Positions 1-7,980 of a DNA stretch of 64,000 nt are shown here, in pieces. The stretch comes from a virus. Under the pieces are notes generated by a model. The model saw nothing but the letters and a program-made list of their open reading frames with translations, ran no database searches and had not been told where the DNA came from. The stretch spans positions 14,196-78,195 of the IMG/VR virus record IMGVR_UViG_3300029365_000529; one strand, given 5' to 3'. Position 1 is the stretch's first letter. The number at the start of each line of letters is the position of its first letter. The position numbers and the translations under genes were made by a program.

Positions 1-163
1 TAATAGTAGAGTATAGTATTACAGATACTATTAAAGATTATGCATCATTAAAGAGGTTAAATAATAGTTATGTTTACTGGGATTGGGTTTCTTATGTTGA
101 AAGCGCAAATATAACTCGGTGGCTCTATATTGATGATTTACTGCCAAAGGAAGGAGGTAATCA

Positions 164-325
164 ATGAAAACATTTGTATTTGATATAATGCTCGACGGAA
201 GATTCATCTGCACGTTAAAGTATAAATATTGTGCGCTCTTCCCGATAGATTTTGAAGAACTAAAGAAGTTCATTCTCAGTAAGAAACCTTCTCTGAAAGG
301 AAAGGACTATAGAATTGCGTTTTGA
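164..325 (+). CDS. small hypothetical protein (53 aa)
   Basis: ATG 8 nt after a strong AGGAGG-like site (aaggaaggaggtaatcaATG). Short, no recognisable domain. Confidence 0.3.
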   Translation: MKTFVFDIMLDGRFICTLKYKYCALFPIDFEELKKFILSKKPSLKGKDYRIAF

Positions 326-327
326 TT

Positions 328-492
328 ATGAAAGAGCTTAAAGTTGGAGAAAGAATCACTCTTGAAGCAGTTGAGCAATATGGTTGTAGAGGTTGCTTCT
401 TTGAGGATAATCCAGTATGTATAAAATTTGCATGTTGTGAAGGTGTACGCTCAGATGGAAAATCGGTAATTTTTAAAGAAGTTAAGGAGTAA
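328..492 (+). CDS. small Cys-rich hypothetical protein (54 aa)
   Basis: ORF MKELKVGERITLEAVEQYGCRGCFFEDNPVCIKFACCEG..., tightly packed between neighbouring ORFs. Not in the provided track (<60 aa). Confidence 0.3.
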   Translation: MKELKVGERITLEAVEQYGCRGCFFEDNPVCIKFACCEGVRSDGKSVIFKEVKE

Positions 493-497
493 AGCGT

Positions 498-914
498 ATG
501 GATAAGTTATATATTCCTAGAGATTTGGTATATTTTGGAGGAGAAAAGGCTAAGGTATGGTTCTGTAATCCAAGTGCCGATGATTCTATTTATGTTAGAG
601 TTATAGAAAATGGAGGAGAAAATAGAATATGGAATGCTTCACTTAAAGAGGAAATTAGCCCTATTCCACTCACTCCTGAGGTTCTAGAGAAGAATGGATG
701 GAAAATTGAAGATGTAAACCCTAATGATTTAAGTAATATTGTGAGTAAAGGAATCATGTATAGAGCAATTAAGAACAAAGAAATACTTTTCTTTCAGAAA
801 GGAGCATCAGTTTTTACTTGTCCTTTGAATTGGAGAAAAATAGAAATCAAATATGTTCATGAACTCCAGCACCTTCTCTTCGGTTTAGGACTTAATTCAG
901 AAATGGAGGTGTAG
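498..914 (+). CDS. hypothetical early protein (138 aa)
   Basis: Six-frame ORF preceded by AAGGAG 8 nt upstream (gttaaggagtaaagcgtATG). Confidence 0.5.
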   Translation: MDKLYIPRDLVYFGGEKAKVWFCNPSADDSIYVRVIENGGENRIWNASLKEEISPIPLTPEVLEKNGWKIEDVNPNDLSNIVSKGIMYRAIKNKEILFFQKGASVFTCPLNWRKIEIKYVHELQHLLFGLGLNSEMEV

Positions 915-916
915 GT

Positions 917-1069
917 ATGGCATGTAGAAGTAGTTTAGGTTGTTTTGGATGCAAGTATCTAGAACATTATTACTATAGCACAGGAAATATGGACTGTAAA
1001 CTCAAAGGTCATATAACTTTGGGATTTGGAGATGATATGGGATGTGAAAAGTATGAAAGTAAAGTTTAA
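917..1069 (+). CDS. small Cys-rich hypothetical protein (50 aa)
   Basis: GGAGGTG 5 nt upstream of ATG; MACRSSLGCFGCKY...CKLKGH...GCEKY, possible zinc-binding mini-protein. Confidence 0.3.
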   Translation: MACRSSLGCFGCKYLEHYYYSTGNMDCKLKGHITLGFGDDMGCEKYESKV

Positions 1070-1095
1070 CGCCTTCGGGCATAAATAGTAGTAAT

Positions 1096-1236
1096 ATGGA
1101 TATTGTACCATCTTGTTTTTGCTGTAAGCATATGAAACTAAAAGATAGTTTTTATTGTGATGCTTATAATAAAAAAGTAGAAGAATCAGATTGCCACAAT
1201 GATGATAATCCAAAATTTGAAAGTGTATTTGAATAG
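1096..1236 (+). CDS. small Cys-rich hypothetical protein (46 aa)
   Basis: MDIVPSCFCCKHMKLKDSFYCD...CHNDD; Cys/His-rich, follows the previous mini-ORFs. Confidence 0.25.
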   Translation: MDIVPSCFCCKHMKLKDSFYCDAYNKKVEESDCHNDDNPKFESVFE

Positions 1237-1287
1237 TAACTAACCATCCTCTCCTGTAAAAGGGAGAGGGTAAAAAGAAAGAAGAAT

Positions 1288-1491
1288 ATGATTACAGAAA
1301 AGTTAATAAAAAAGGTGCTACGTAAGTGGTTAAAGAAGAAATTGTATATCAATGCTCCTATTAGCACAAACATAGCACGATTTGAATGGGTCTATAACTC
1401 ACACCTTAAAGAGTGGAGAGATAGAATGTGGGTAATTAAAAACTGCCCAGAAAATAGAGACAAGTGCCTTAATGAGTATCTTTACTCATAG
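1288..1491 (+). CDS. hypothetical protein (67 aa)
   Basis: Six-frame ORF, basic N-terminus. Confidence 0.4.
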   Translation: MITEKLIKKVLRKWLKKKLYINAPISTNIARFEWVYNSHLKEWRDRMWVIKNCPENRDKCLNEYLYS

Positions 1492-1667
1492 CTTTTGTTA
1501 ATCAATTCCACAAGGTCATAGAACTGCATCTTGGTCGTGAAAGTCTCACCATTAGATAACTTGATACAGCTATCACCATCCACCTCAAAGAAAGAGACAA
1601 TGTGGTCTGGGTTAATTGCACGGGTGTATGAATTATCATACGACTTCAAAGTAATTAAATTTTTCAT
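1482..1667 (-). CDS. hypothetical protein (61 aa)
   Basis: Minus-strand ORF convergent with and overlapping the end of 1288-1491. Confidence 0.3.
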   Translation of the reverse strand: MKNLITLKSYDNSYTRAINPDHIVSFFEVDGDSCIKLSNGETFTTKMQFYDLVELINKSYE

Positions 1668-1800
1668 ATAAATGTAATTTTTAAAATTAAGCGGTACAAA
1701 GATAGTAATAATATTCGAGAAGCAAGCAATTCTTTAGGTAATTTTAAAATTAAGCACTTTATTTTATCTGTGCTTGCTTCTCACTTTAAACATATATAAT

Positions 1801-1959
1801 ATGGCAAACAAGAAACAATATAGAAGTATGGATAAGAAAGAGAAATTAATCAATAGTCATATTGATAAGGCTATAGGCTATTCAGATAAGGCTCATTACG
1901 AGTTGCAAACGTTCTTCCATTTGTTGGAACAGATGGGGAACCCCTTATCAAAAATGTAA
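1801..1959 (+). CDS. small hypothetical protein (52 aa)
   Basis: Internal Met of track ORF 1774-1959 (MANKKQYRSMDKKEK...). Its 3' end lies inside the 72-bp direct repeat. Confidence 0.35.
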   Translation: MANKKQYRSMDKKEKLINSHIDKAIGYSDKAHYELQTFFHLLEQMGNPLSKM

Positions 1960-1982
1960 AAATATTAAAAGAATTATAGAGT

Positions 1983-2148
1983 ATGAAGAAGCAAATAATC
2001 TTAGACGAACAAGATATTAACGAATTTCACGAGGATGCAGACCATCTATGTTGGATATACGACAGAATGGTGCTCGGTCATAACGAAAACGAAAAATTCG
2101 ATTATATGCGCCGCTTTTTCAAAATAATCAAAAAGTTAAAGAATTTAT
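1983..2148 (+). CDS. small hypothetical protein (55 aa)
   Basis: MKKQIILDEQDINEFHEDADHLCWIYDRMVLGHNENEKFDYMRRFFKIIKKLKNL; begins right after repeat copy 1. Confidence 0.35.
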
Positions 2149-2152
2149 AGTT

Positions 2153-2518
2153 ATGGATAAATCAAAATTACATTCATCATTACTCTTCCTGATGCTAAAA
2201 CTGGAAGAGGCAAAGAGTAACCCGATGTCTGACAAGAACTTTGTTGCTGCATTGACAGAAGTGCTCAGATATTTCCGTGACAACGGAGAGTTAAAGAAAG
2301 CCTATGAAAGCCAAAAGGATTCTTTGGCAGATATGGCTAATAGCCCTTGGGCGAAACTGGTAATTGGCATACTTACCTCAAAAATGCAAGAAGACAAAGT
2401 TGATGCGGAGTTACCAGACATTGATTCTCTAATAAAGGAGAGTTCTTCTGATGAGTTCATCGAAAAGAAAATCAATGATGTTCTTGGTGATGATGGTGTA
2501 GAACTTAAAGAAGAATAA
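2153..2518 (+). CDS. hypothetical early protein (121 aa)
   Basis: Six-frame ORF, acidic and helical, in a tight operon. Confidence 0.5.
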   Translation: MDKSKLHSSLLFLMLKLEEAKSNPMSDKNFVAALTEVLRYFRDNGELKKAYESQKDSLADMANSPWAKLVIGILTSKMQEDKVDAELPDIDSLIKESSSDEFIEKKINDVLGDDGVELKEE

Positions 2519-2519
2519 T

Positions 2520-2816
2520 ATGATATTCTATAGATTTGGCGAAATACCTAAAAATGAGAAATCATGTATTTGGAAAGGTGAAGAAAAAGTTGGGGAAGAA
2601 TTAGGAGTTTCGGTTTATGAAGCTCATAAAAACATTAATGGGTTATATTCTCCAGTTTTACCTATGCCTACTAATACGAGCGCACTTGATACTTTTCTCC
2701 ATTTAATAAGATATTATAGTGGAAAGAAATATTTAGTAACAGGTGATGTTCTTCCATTTGTTGGAATGGATGGGGAACCCCTTATCAAAAATGTAAAAAT
2801 ATTAAAAGAATTATAG
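2520..2816 (+). CDS. hypothetical early protein (98 aa)
   Basis: Six-frame ORF; its 3' end lies in copy 2 of the 72-bp repeat, in a different reading frame from copy 1. Confidence 0.5.
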   Translation: MIFYRFGEIPKNEKSCIWKGEEKVGEELGVSVYEAHKNINGLYSPVLPMPTNTSALDTFLHLIRYYSGKKYLVTGDVLPFVGMDGEPLIKNVKILKEL

Positions 2817-2819
2817 CTT

Positions 2820-3611
2820 ATGAAAACAGAAGAATATGTAAACGTTATCAGAAATATGCGGACATTCTGTAATTTTGTAGAAGACGTTTACCCCGACCAA
2901 TATAGATTTGTATGTCAGCAGCATGATATTCCAGAGCGTGAAGCGATGGATATGTACGGCTATCTTCGCAAGATAGCTTGCGGACAGTATTGGTGCGTAA
3001 ATGATAAATCAGATGGATATTTCTACACCATGGTAAGCATGGCGCAGGAAGCTCATAAACTGCACGTATTGAATAGCATCATCAAGAACGTACCCACCAA
3101 CAACGGCGAGAAACCAAATATCCTCGCAATCTTTATTAAGAATGGTGAGTATTTTCAGCATGAGTTTGACCTGCAATGGCAGACTACGTTTATCGAAATA
3201 GCCGAAATGATAAAAAACGGCTACAAATTGGTGACTATTGCCCGTCAGGTAGATGATGTTGATGCCAAGGACTATGTAGGCAAGAACGATGGTAAGAAAT
3301 CGAATATCCCTATCTACGATGGCGATGTGATGCTTTGCTATGTCAGTAAGCCGGAATGGTGGAGCTCTGATTGTAAGAGAAGCGGTCTGTATCTATGCAA
3401 GGATGGTGTTTATTATCGTCTCGTCTATACTCCTGGTAAGGGTTACGTAAGGCACGATAAGCCTGATAAGGATGAGGACTTTGAGTTAGATATTGAAAAG
3501 AATGCCTTCAACAGTTACGTGATGACTATGAGTCAGAAATGGTATAAGCTGGGTAATATCCACGCTAGTATCGGATTTTTGATTGAAAAGCAAGAATATA
3601 AAAAAGAATAG
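2820..3611 (+). CDS. hypothetical protein (263 aa), partner of the downstream methyltransferase
   Basis: Long ORF with no recognised motif; stop lies 4 nt before the start of the DPPH methyltransferase gene. Confidence 0.55.
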   Translation: MKTEEYVNVIRNMRTFCNFVEDVYPDQYRFVCQQHDIPEREAMDMYGYLRKIACGQYWCVNDKSDGYFYTMVSMAQEAHKLHVLNSIIKNVPTNNGEKPNILAIFIKNGEYFQHEFDLQWQTTFIEIAEMIKNGYKLVTIARQVDDVDAKDYVGKNDGKKSNIPIYDGDVMLCYVSKPEWWSSDCKRSGLYLCKDGVYYRLVYTPGKGYVRHDKPDKDEDFELDIEKNAFNSYVMTMSQKWYKLGNIHASIGFLIEKQEYKKE

Positions 3612-3614
3612 CGT

Positions 3615-4082
3615 ATGAAACAAAGAATATTAGATATGTGTTGCGGATCTCGTATGTTTTATTTCGATAAGCAGGACCCACAGGTACTTTTTACCGACAT
3701 AAGAGAATATCACGACACATTATGTGATGGACGCAAATTAGACGTACAACCCGATATGATAGCCGATTGCACTAATTTGCCATTCGAAGATGAAACATTC
3801 GATATGGTAGTTTTCGACCCTCCTCATCTGCTAAAGGTAGGACAGAACTCATGGCTATGCAAGAAATATGGTAAGCTGCCCGAAAATTGGCAAGCATTCA
3901 TCAACGATTCTATCCATGAGGGCATGAGAGTACTGAAAACAAACGGAACGCTCATTTTTAAGTGGAACGAGCAGCAGATAAAGGTTAGTGATGTGCTAAA
4001 GGCTATCACCGATTACAAACCTATATTCGGACATCGTACCACCATCAAGAACCAAACTATTTGGATGGCATTCATGAAATAA
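3615..4082 (+). CDS. small SAM-dependent amino-methyltransferase (DPPH motif; N6A/N4C DNA or N2G RNA MTase class)
   Basis: Motif I-like LDMCCGSRMF followed by motif IV FDPPHL (D/N-P-P-Y/F/H family). Only 155 aa with no obvious target-recognition domain. Confidence 0.5.
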   Translation: MKQRILDMCCGSRMFYFDKQDPQVLFTDIREYHDTLCDGRKLDVQPDMIADCTNLPFEDETFDMVVFDPPHLLKVGQNSWLCKKYGKLPENWQAFINDSIHEGMRVLKTNGTLIFKWNEQQIKVSDVLKAITDYKPIFGHRTTIKNQTIWMAFMK

Positions 4083-4092
4083 ATAACCAACA

Positions 4093-4133
4093 ATCCCCAC
4101 CCAGCTATCACAGCCGAGTGGGGATTTCTTTTG
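4093..4133 (+). terminator. rho-independent terminator after the methyltransferase operon
   Basis: 8-bp stem ATCCCCAC/GTGGGGAT with 17-nt loop, followed by TTCTTTTG. Confidence 0.6.
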
Positions 4134-4191
4134 TAATGAAACAATCTACTACCTAATTAACACAACTAATAAACATGAAAAAAAGTAAAAT

Positions 4192-4503
4192 CTATACCAA
4201 TCTATCTACATATTTATCTAAATCTTTTTCGTACCAAACCAGCTCGGTCCATCCTTTCCGCTTTTTACCCTTTGGCAGCCTGCCTTCTTTCACAAGGCGG
4301 TCAAAGGTAGCCCTGGAAACATGAACATAGCCGCATGCCTCAGCCTTGCTGATAGGCTCGTCCTTATTAGCGATGCGGTGCAGAAAATCTAACATGAAAG
4401 CATTTTGCTGTTTGTTAGTTAAGCATCTTCCGCTCTGAATCCGCTCATGAAATTCCATCAGGAGCGAATCAATCATCTGCAGTTCTTCGCTAATCTTCGC
4501 CAT
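4192..4503 (-). CDS. helix-turn-helix DNA-binding protein (HTH_17/excisionase-like)
   Basis: ISKAEACGYVHVSRATFDRLVKEGRLPKG matches the MerR/excisionase-type HTH pattern; 103 aa. Confidence 0.5.
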   Translation of the reverse strand: MAKISEELQMIDSLLMEFHERIQSGRCLTNKQQNAFMLDFLHRIANKDEPISKAEACGYVHVSRATFDRLVKEGRLPKGKKRKGWTELVWYEKDLDKYVDRLV

Positions 4504-4506
4504 AAG

Positions 4507-4947
4507 CTAGCACTTTTTGTTTCTGTACCAGAGAGTGAACCCAATCGCGCAAGCCGCCAGTATAAACAGAAAGGCGATATAGCATCTGCCCAGTGACATC
4601 AGCCTTTGTTCGTTCTTCGTCAGTTGTCGCTCTATAGGATAAGGCACGGAGACTGAATCCGTCTTGATGATCGTGTCCGTCTTCACCTTATATATATTAT
4701 GATACCGGTCCCGGTAAACCACCTTGTTATGGAAAACCGTATCACCTTTCTGAAAAACATACACCGAATCCTTCATGTAGATACTATCCAACTTAGCAAA
4801 AGTATCAGTTCTGCATACGTATTCTGTTCTAACAGAAGGAACCTTGATATACTCCTTCGTCTTGCATCCTGTAAATGCCAATAGGATAATTCCAATCACC
4901 AAGCCGATGCAAGCCCATTTCCAAAACCTTATGTCATACCATTTCAT
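4507..4947 (-). CDS. candidate unimolecular spanin (N-terminal lipoprotein signal plus C-terminal transmembrane helix)
   Basis: Lipobox LLAFTGC near the N-terminus and hydrophobic C-terminus CYIAFLFILAACAIGFTLWY. Lies immediately downstream of the endolysin in the same operon. Confidence 0.4.
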   Translation of the reverse strand: MKWYDIRFWKWACIGLVIGIILLAFTGCKTKEYIKVPSVRTEYVCRTDTFAKLDSIYMKDSVYVFQKGDTVFHNKVVYRDRYHNIYKVKTDTIIKTDSVSVPYPIERQLTKNEQRLMSLGRCYIAFLFILAACAIGFTLWYRNKKC

Positions 4948-4950
4948 AAG

Positions 4951-5394
4951 CTATATCTCTTTGTATTCAACTTTAGCGTCAAAGCAAGGGCACTCCTTGA
5001 TTCTCTCCCAAGGATCCACCACGCCGTTATGGTTCCTGTCGGGCGAAATATCCCTATGCCCCAAGATTTCAGCATCCGGATATTTCTTCTTCAGCTGAGT
5101 GAGCAGAGTGATAAGCGATTTCTTCTGCTCCTCAGTTCTATTGTCTACCGCCTTTCCCTTCTTGTTGATACCGCCAACATAAGCCACATTGATAGCTGTA
5201 GCATTATATCCCTTCACGCCGTTGCTAACCATTTCTACCGGCAGCATCTGGTGAATCCCACCATCAGCAGTAATCACGTAATGATACCCTGGATTATTCC
5301 AGCCTTTGCGCTTAAACTCATCCCAAAGTTCCTTCACACACCATTTCTGAGAAGAGGCAGTGCAATGAACAAAAATTCTTTTAATCAGTCTCAT
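4951..5394 (-). CDS. N-acetylmuramoyl-L-alanine amidase endolysin (Amidase_2/PGRP, T7 lysozyme-like)
   Basis: Conserved Amidase_2 residues readable by eye: FVHCTAS, GYHYVI, KGYN, VGG, GHRD, CPCFD. Confidence 0.9.
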   Translation of the reverse strand: MRLIKRIFVHCTASSQKWCVKELWDEFKRKGWNNPGYHYVITADGGIHQMLPVEMVSNGVKGYNATAINVAYVGGINKKGKAVDNRTEEQKKSLITLLTQLKKKYPDAEILGHRDISPDRNHNGVVDPWERIKECPCFDAKVEYKEI

Positions 5395-5834
5395 TTTTTC
5401 TCCTCCTTTCCCTGCTCCTTCATAATCTCAGCAAAAGCCCTAGCCAAGTCTTCTTTATTTTCTAAGAGTATGCTGAAAGAACGTTCCTGCTTCCGTATCT
5501 CAGCCTTCTGCCAGCTTTTCTCCCTTACGCTTACAAATTCACAGAACACGCAATAGCCTGCCCATATCATAGAGAAGACAGGGAAGGGGAGAACCGTACA
5601 GGCTATCAGGTCTATGCAGACCGTCACCATGAAGGGAGAAAAGTATTTCCTCGCCTTGTCGCAAGTCTTCTTGAATCCTGTACTTGTCGTAGCCAGCCCG
5701 TTCTCTTTCGCTTTCTTGATACCGAAGAACAGGTCCACGCCCATAGAAATGATAAGAGCACCCATGCAGATGACAATAACCAATGCCGATCTGTACAGGT
5801 GCTCTTGTAAAAATGTATGTACTATCTCTGCCAT
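5391..5834 (-). CDS. putative holin (three predicted transmembrane helices)
   Basis: 147 aa with three hydrophobic helices and a charged C-terminus. Its stop overlaps the endolysin start in ATGA. Confidence 0.5.
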   Translation of the reverse strand: MAEIVHTFLQEHLYRSALVIVICMGALIISMGVDLFFGIKKAKENGLATTSTGFKKTCDKARKYFSPFMVTVCIDLIACTVLPFPVFSMIWAGYCVFCEFVSVREKSWQKAEIRKQERSFSILLENKEDLARAFAEIMKEQGKEEKK

Positions 5835-5860
5835 ATACCATTATTTATGATTAATGGCTA

Positions 5861-5903
5861 CAAAGATAAAAGGCTTTTCAATAGCTTTTGCCGTGTTCCA
5901 ACT
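5861..5903 (-). promoter_or_regulatory. late promoter: conserved GGTTGGAACACGGCAAAA motif plus -7 box TATCTTTG upstream of holin
   Basis: Motif at 5887-5903 (minus-strand reading); 17 nt downstream of it is TATCTTTG (TAnnTTTG), about 25 nt before the holin ATG. Confidence 0.5.
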
Positions 5904-6364
5904 TAGCTATTCATATACCACCAGATTTTATCTGTAGGGTGGTTTGTCGATTCGTCACAGAGGAAACTGATAGCCAGTTCCGAAATCCTTTTTCTTGTGG
6001 TATCTTTGTTCTTCGACCATTTGCCCACCACGTCTATATGGTCAGCATACATCTTATTCATCGTTACCGCAAAATCCCAGAAGTTGTAGTCCGGTATGTT
6101 CCAAGATAGCCGGTCATAATCATCCTTCAATTCATCAAACCCGAAGTAAGGAGCATACTTTTTGTGAACATCATCATCAAAATAATAGATGTTGGCGATG
6201 CAGGCTCTGCCCAGTTGCTCGTCAAAGTGATGCTTCCTTTCCATCCAGTAAAGCAGATTTCTCTGCACAATCCTCTCTTCTTCCTCTGTAAACCCGCACT
6301 CATCGTTTCTTAGCATCCCGAAGGCAGATTCTGCTATTCGATAGAGCGATTTTGATAAATCCAT
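5903..6364 (-). CDS. hypothetical protein (153 aa)
   Basis: Six-frame ORF; possible later start; partially overlaps 6300-6632 in another frame. Confidence 0.4.
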   Translation of the reverse strand: MDLSKSLYRIAESAFGMLRNDECGFTEEEERIVQRNLLYWMERKHHFDEQLGRACIANIYYFDDDVHKKYAPYFGFDELKDDYDRLSWNIPDYNFWDFAVTMNKMYADHIDVVGKWSKNKDTTRKRISELAISFLCDESTNHPTDKIWWYMNS

Positions 6365-6632
6365 AAGCGTAAAGCATTAAAGTGAATATGATAAACACAT
6401 GGTGCATCTCCAACTGCTCGGGAGTGATGAGCCAGTGCTGATAATACAATCTGATAGCGTTGATACCGAAAAAATAGAAGAACGGAATGCGGAAAATCCA
6501 GCAGTATCTGAAGAAGAAACTTACCGGTATCATGGTCAGTGGCATATAAATGTATGCCAGTACATAAATCCAGATGATGCAGTTTCCGTTGAAATCGGTA
6601 TCTACAACTGTTGGTCTAGGGATAGTGCCCAT
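6300..6632 (-). CDS. hypothetical membrane protein (110 aa)
   Basis: Very hydrophobic and aromatic-rich ORF; the overlap with the downstream ORF makes the exact boundaries uncertain. Confidence 0.3.
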   Translation of the reverse strand: MGTIPRPTVVDTDFNGNCIIWIYVLAYIYMPLTMIPVSFFFRYCWIFRIPFFYFFGINAIRLYYQHWLITPEQLEMHHVFIIFTLMLYAYGFIKIALSNSRICLRDAKKR

Positions 6633-6932
6633 AGTCCCATACGCCGTACCAGTGACCTAGCATCAATGGAATGGGTGCCCACTTTGCTAGAAGTTCATAG
6701 AACCTCCAAATCTTCCTACTCAATAAGCCTTCCATAACTAAGGCTTTCTCCTCTTCCGAGAGAGGTGTTTCCTGTTTTGTTCTCATTTTGTTATGATTTT
6801 ATGGTTTAATTTTACTTTTTGCTAACTTTTTCTGAGATTTACATCTCATTTTGCTACAAAATTAAACTTTTTCTTTCGTAACACCATGAAAATCTGTCTA
6901 ATATTAAACTTATTTAAATCTTTATGTTCTTA

Positions 6933-6964
6933 TTTGGTCATATTCTAAATAATATGTATATTTG
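6933..6964 (+). promoter_or_regulatory. Bacteroidota sigma-A-type promoter (TTTG-N20-TATATTTG)
   Basis: TTTG at 6933-6936, 20-nt spacer, TATATTTG at 6957-6964; ATG at 6988. Confidence 0.5.
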
Positions 6965-6987
6965 CAGCATCTTAATGCAGCATTTAT

Positions 6988-7443
6988 ATGGCAAGAGCAA
7001 ATTACGAATTGATTGACAGACAGAGGGATGATCTGATGAAGGCGTATCGGGAGATAGCTCCTAATTGCCATTCTCAACAGGAGGCTTGGGAAAAGGTGGT
7101 TCATTCTCCTGCCCCCAGATACTATGTTTCTCCCAAAAGAGCTTGGGATATACTCCGCAGAATGGCAGTCGGCGATTTCTCAAAGGTGGATAGCATGAAG
7201 CCGATTCGGCAGAAGTTATACTATACGCTGTTCAATAGGATGAACGAAATGACGCAGCGAAAGGAATTCGTGGGCAAATCTTTATGGTTTATCTGCCAGT
7301 TCCTTGTTTCTGAGCCTGCACCCGAGTTCTTTATCCAGCCAAGTAATCTCAAATTCATTTTCGCTTACTATAAGAAGTATGGAAAAAATTACAGAGAAAT
7401 GGACCTTCGTAAGAAGAAACTTTCGAACAAAGCTGGTGCTTAG
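6988..7443 (+). CDS. hypothetical protein (151 aa)
   Basis: ORF directly downstream of a consensus promoter. Confidence 0.45.
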   Translation: MARANYELIDRQRDDLMKAYREIAPNCHSQQEAWEKVVHSPAPRYYVSPKRAWDILRRMAVGDFSKVDSMKPIRQKLYYTLFNRMNEMTQRKEFVGKSLWFICQFLVSEPAPEFFIQPSNLKFIFAYYKKYGKNYREMDLRKKKLSNKAGA

Positions 7444-7861
7444 CATAATCTGCCTCATTCTGTGTACTTGGCATGTCGGTTTTTATCCCGGTTGCCCATG
7501 GCAGAATCATATCCTGTATAGCTTCTTCCATGTCAACGGATTTCATCTTGCCGTAAACCTTCTGGTGCTTTGGCAGATAAAGAACGATATGAAACCAGTC
7601 ACTTCTCTGGCTGTTGCCTCTGTCGCTAGTCTGCTGCCCATGTATGTTAGTCAGCCTACAATGGGGCTTTCCGGTTTCCTATTCGCTTCCTTTGGTTTGA
7701 TGTGGGGTAGGACAGGACGATGGAAAGAGGCATTAAAGAAAGCGATGCCGTTCATTCTGTTCACGATGATCCTGAGTAATGTCAACGGACTTCTGCATCT
7801 TTACTGCTTCGTATTAGGCTATATCGTAGCATATTGCGTAAATAATATCAAAAACAGATAA
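7379..7861 (+). CDS. polytopic membrane protein, possibly rhomboid-like
   Basis: Internal Met of track ORF 7304-7861. GLSGFLFASFG (GxSG-like) and a later LHLYCFVLGY (His in a transmembrane helix) echo the rhomboid Ser/His dyad. The start is uncertain because it overlaps the previous ORF. Confidence 0.3.
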   Translation: MEKITEKWTFVRRNFRTKLVLSIICLILCTWHVGFYPGCPWQNHILYSFFHVNGFHLAVNLLVLWQIKNDMKPVTSLAVASVASLLPMYVSQPTMGLSGFLFASFGLMWGRTGRWKEALKKAMPFILFTMILSNVNGLLHLYCFVLGYIVAYCVNNIKNR

Positions 7862-7980
7862 CACACATATAAGAAGAATCATGTTTTTAAAAATGTATTT
7901 CATAACTCATTTTAAAGGCGACCACTCGTGATGAGCAGCCGCCTTTTTCATGTTATTATAAATTAGCGCGTATGAAAGAA

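Noticed and set aside
1237-1277. Perfect 7-bp hairpin CCTCTCC-N8-GGAGAGG as a terminator
   Set aside because: No U-run on either strand after the stem; more likely an RNA stability element or a coincidence. Kept out of the feature list.
590-1373. Minus-strand ORFs 590-778, 959-1213 and 1164-1373
   Set aside because: They overlap better-supported + strand ORFs that carry SD sites and tight coupling; their compositions are Ile/Phe/Leu-rich antisense-like.
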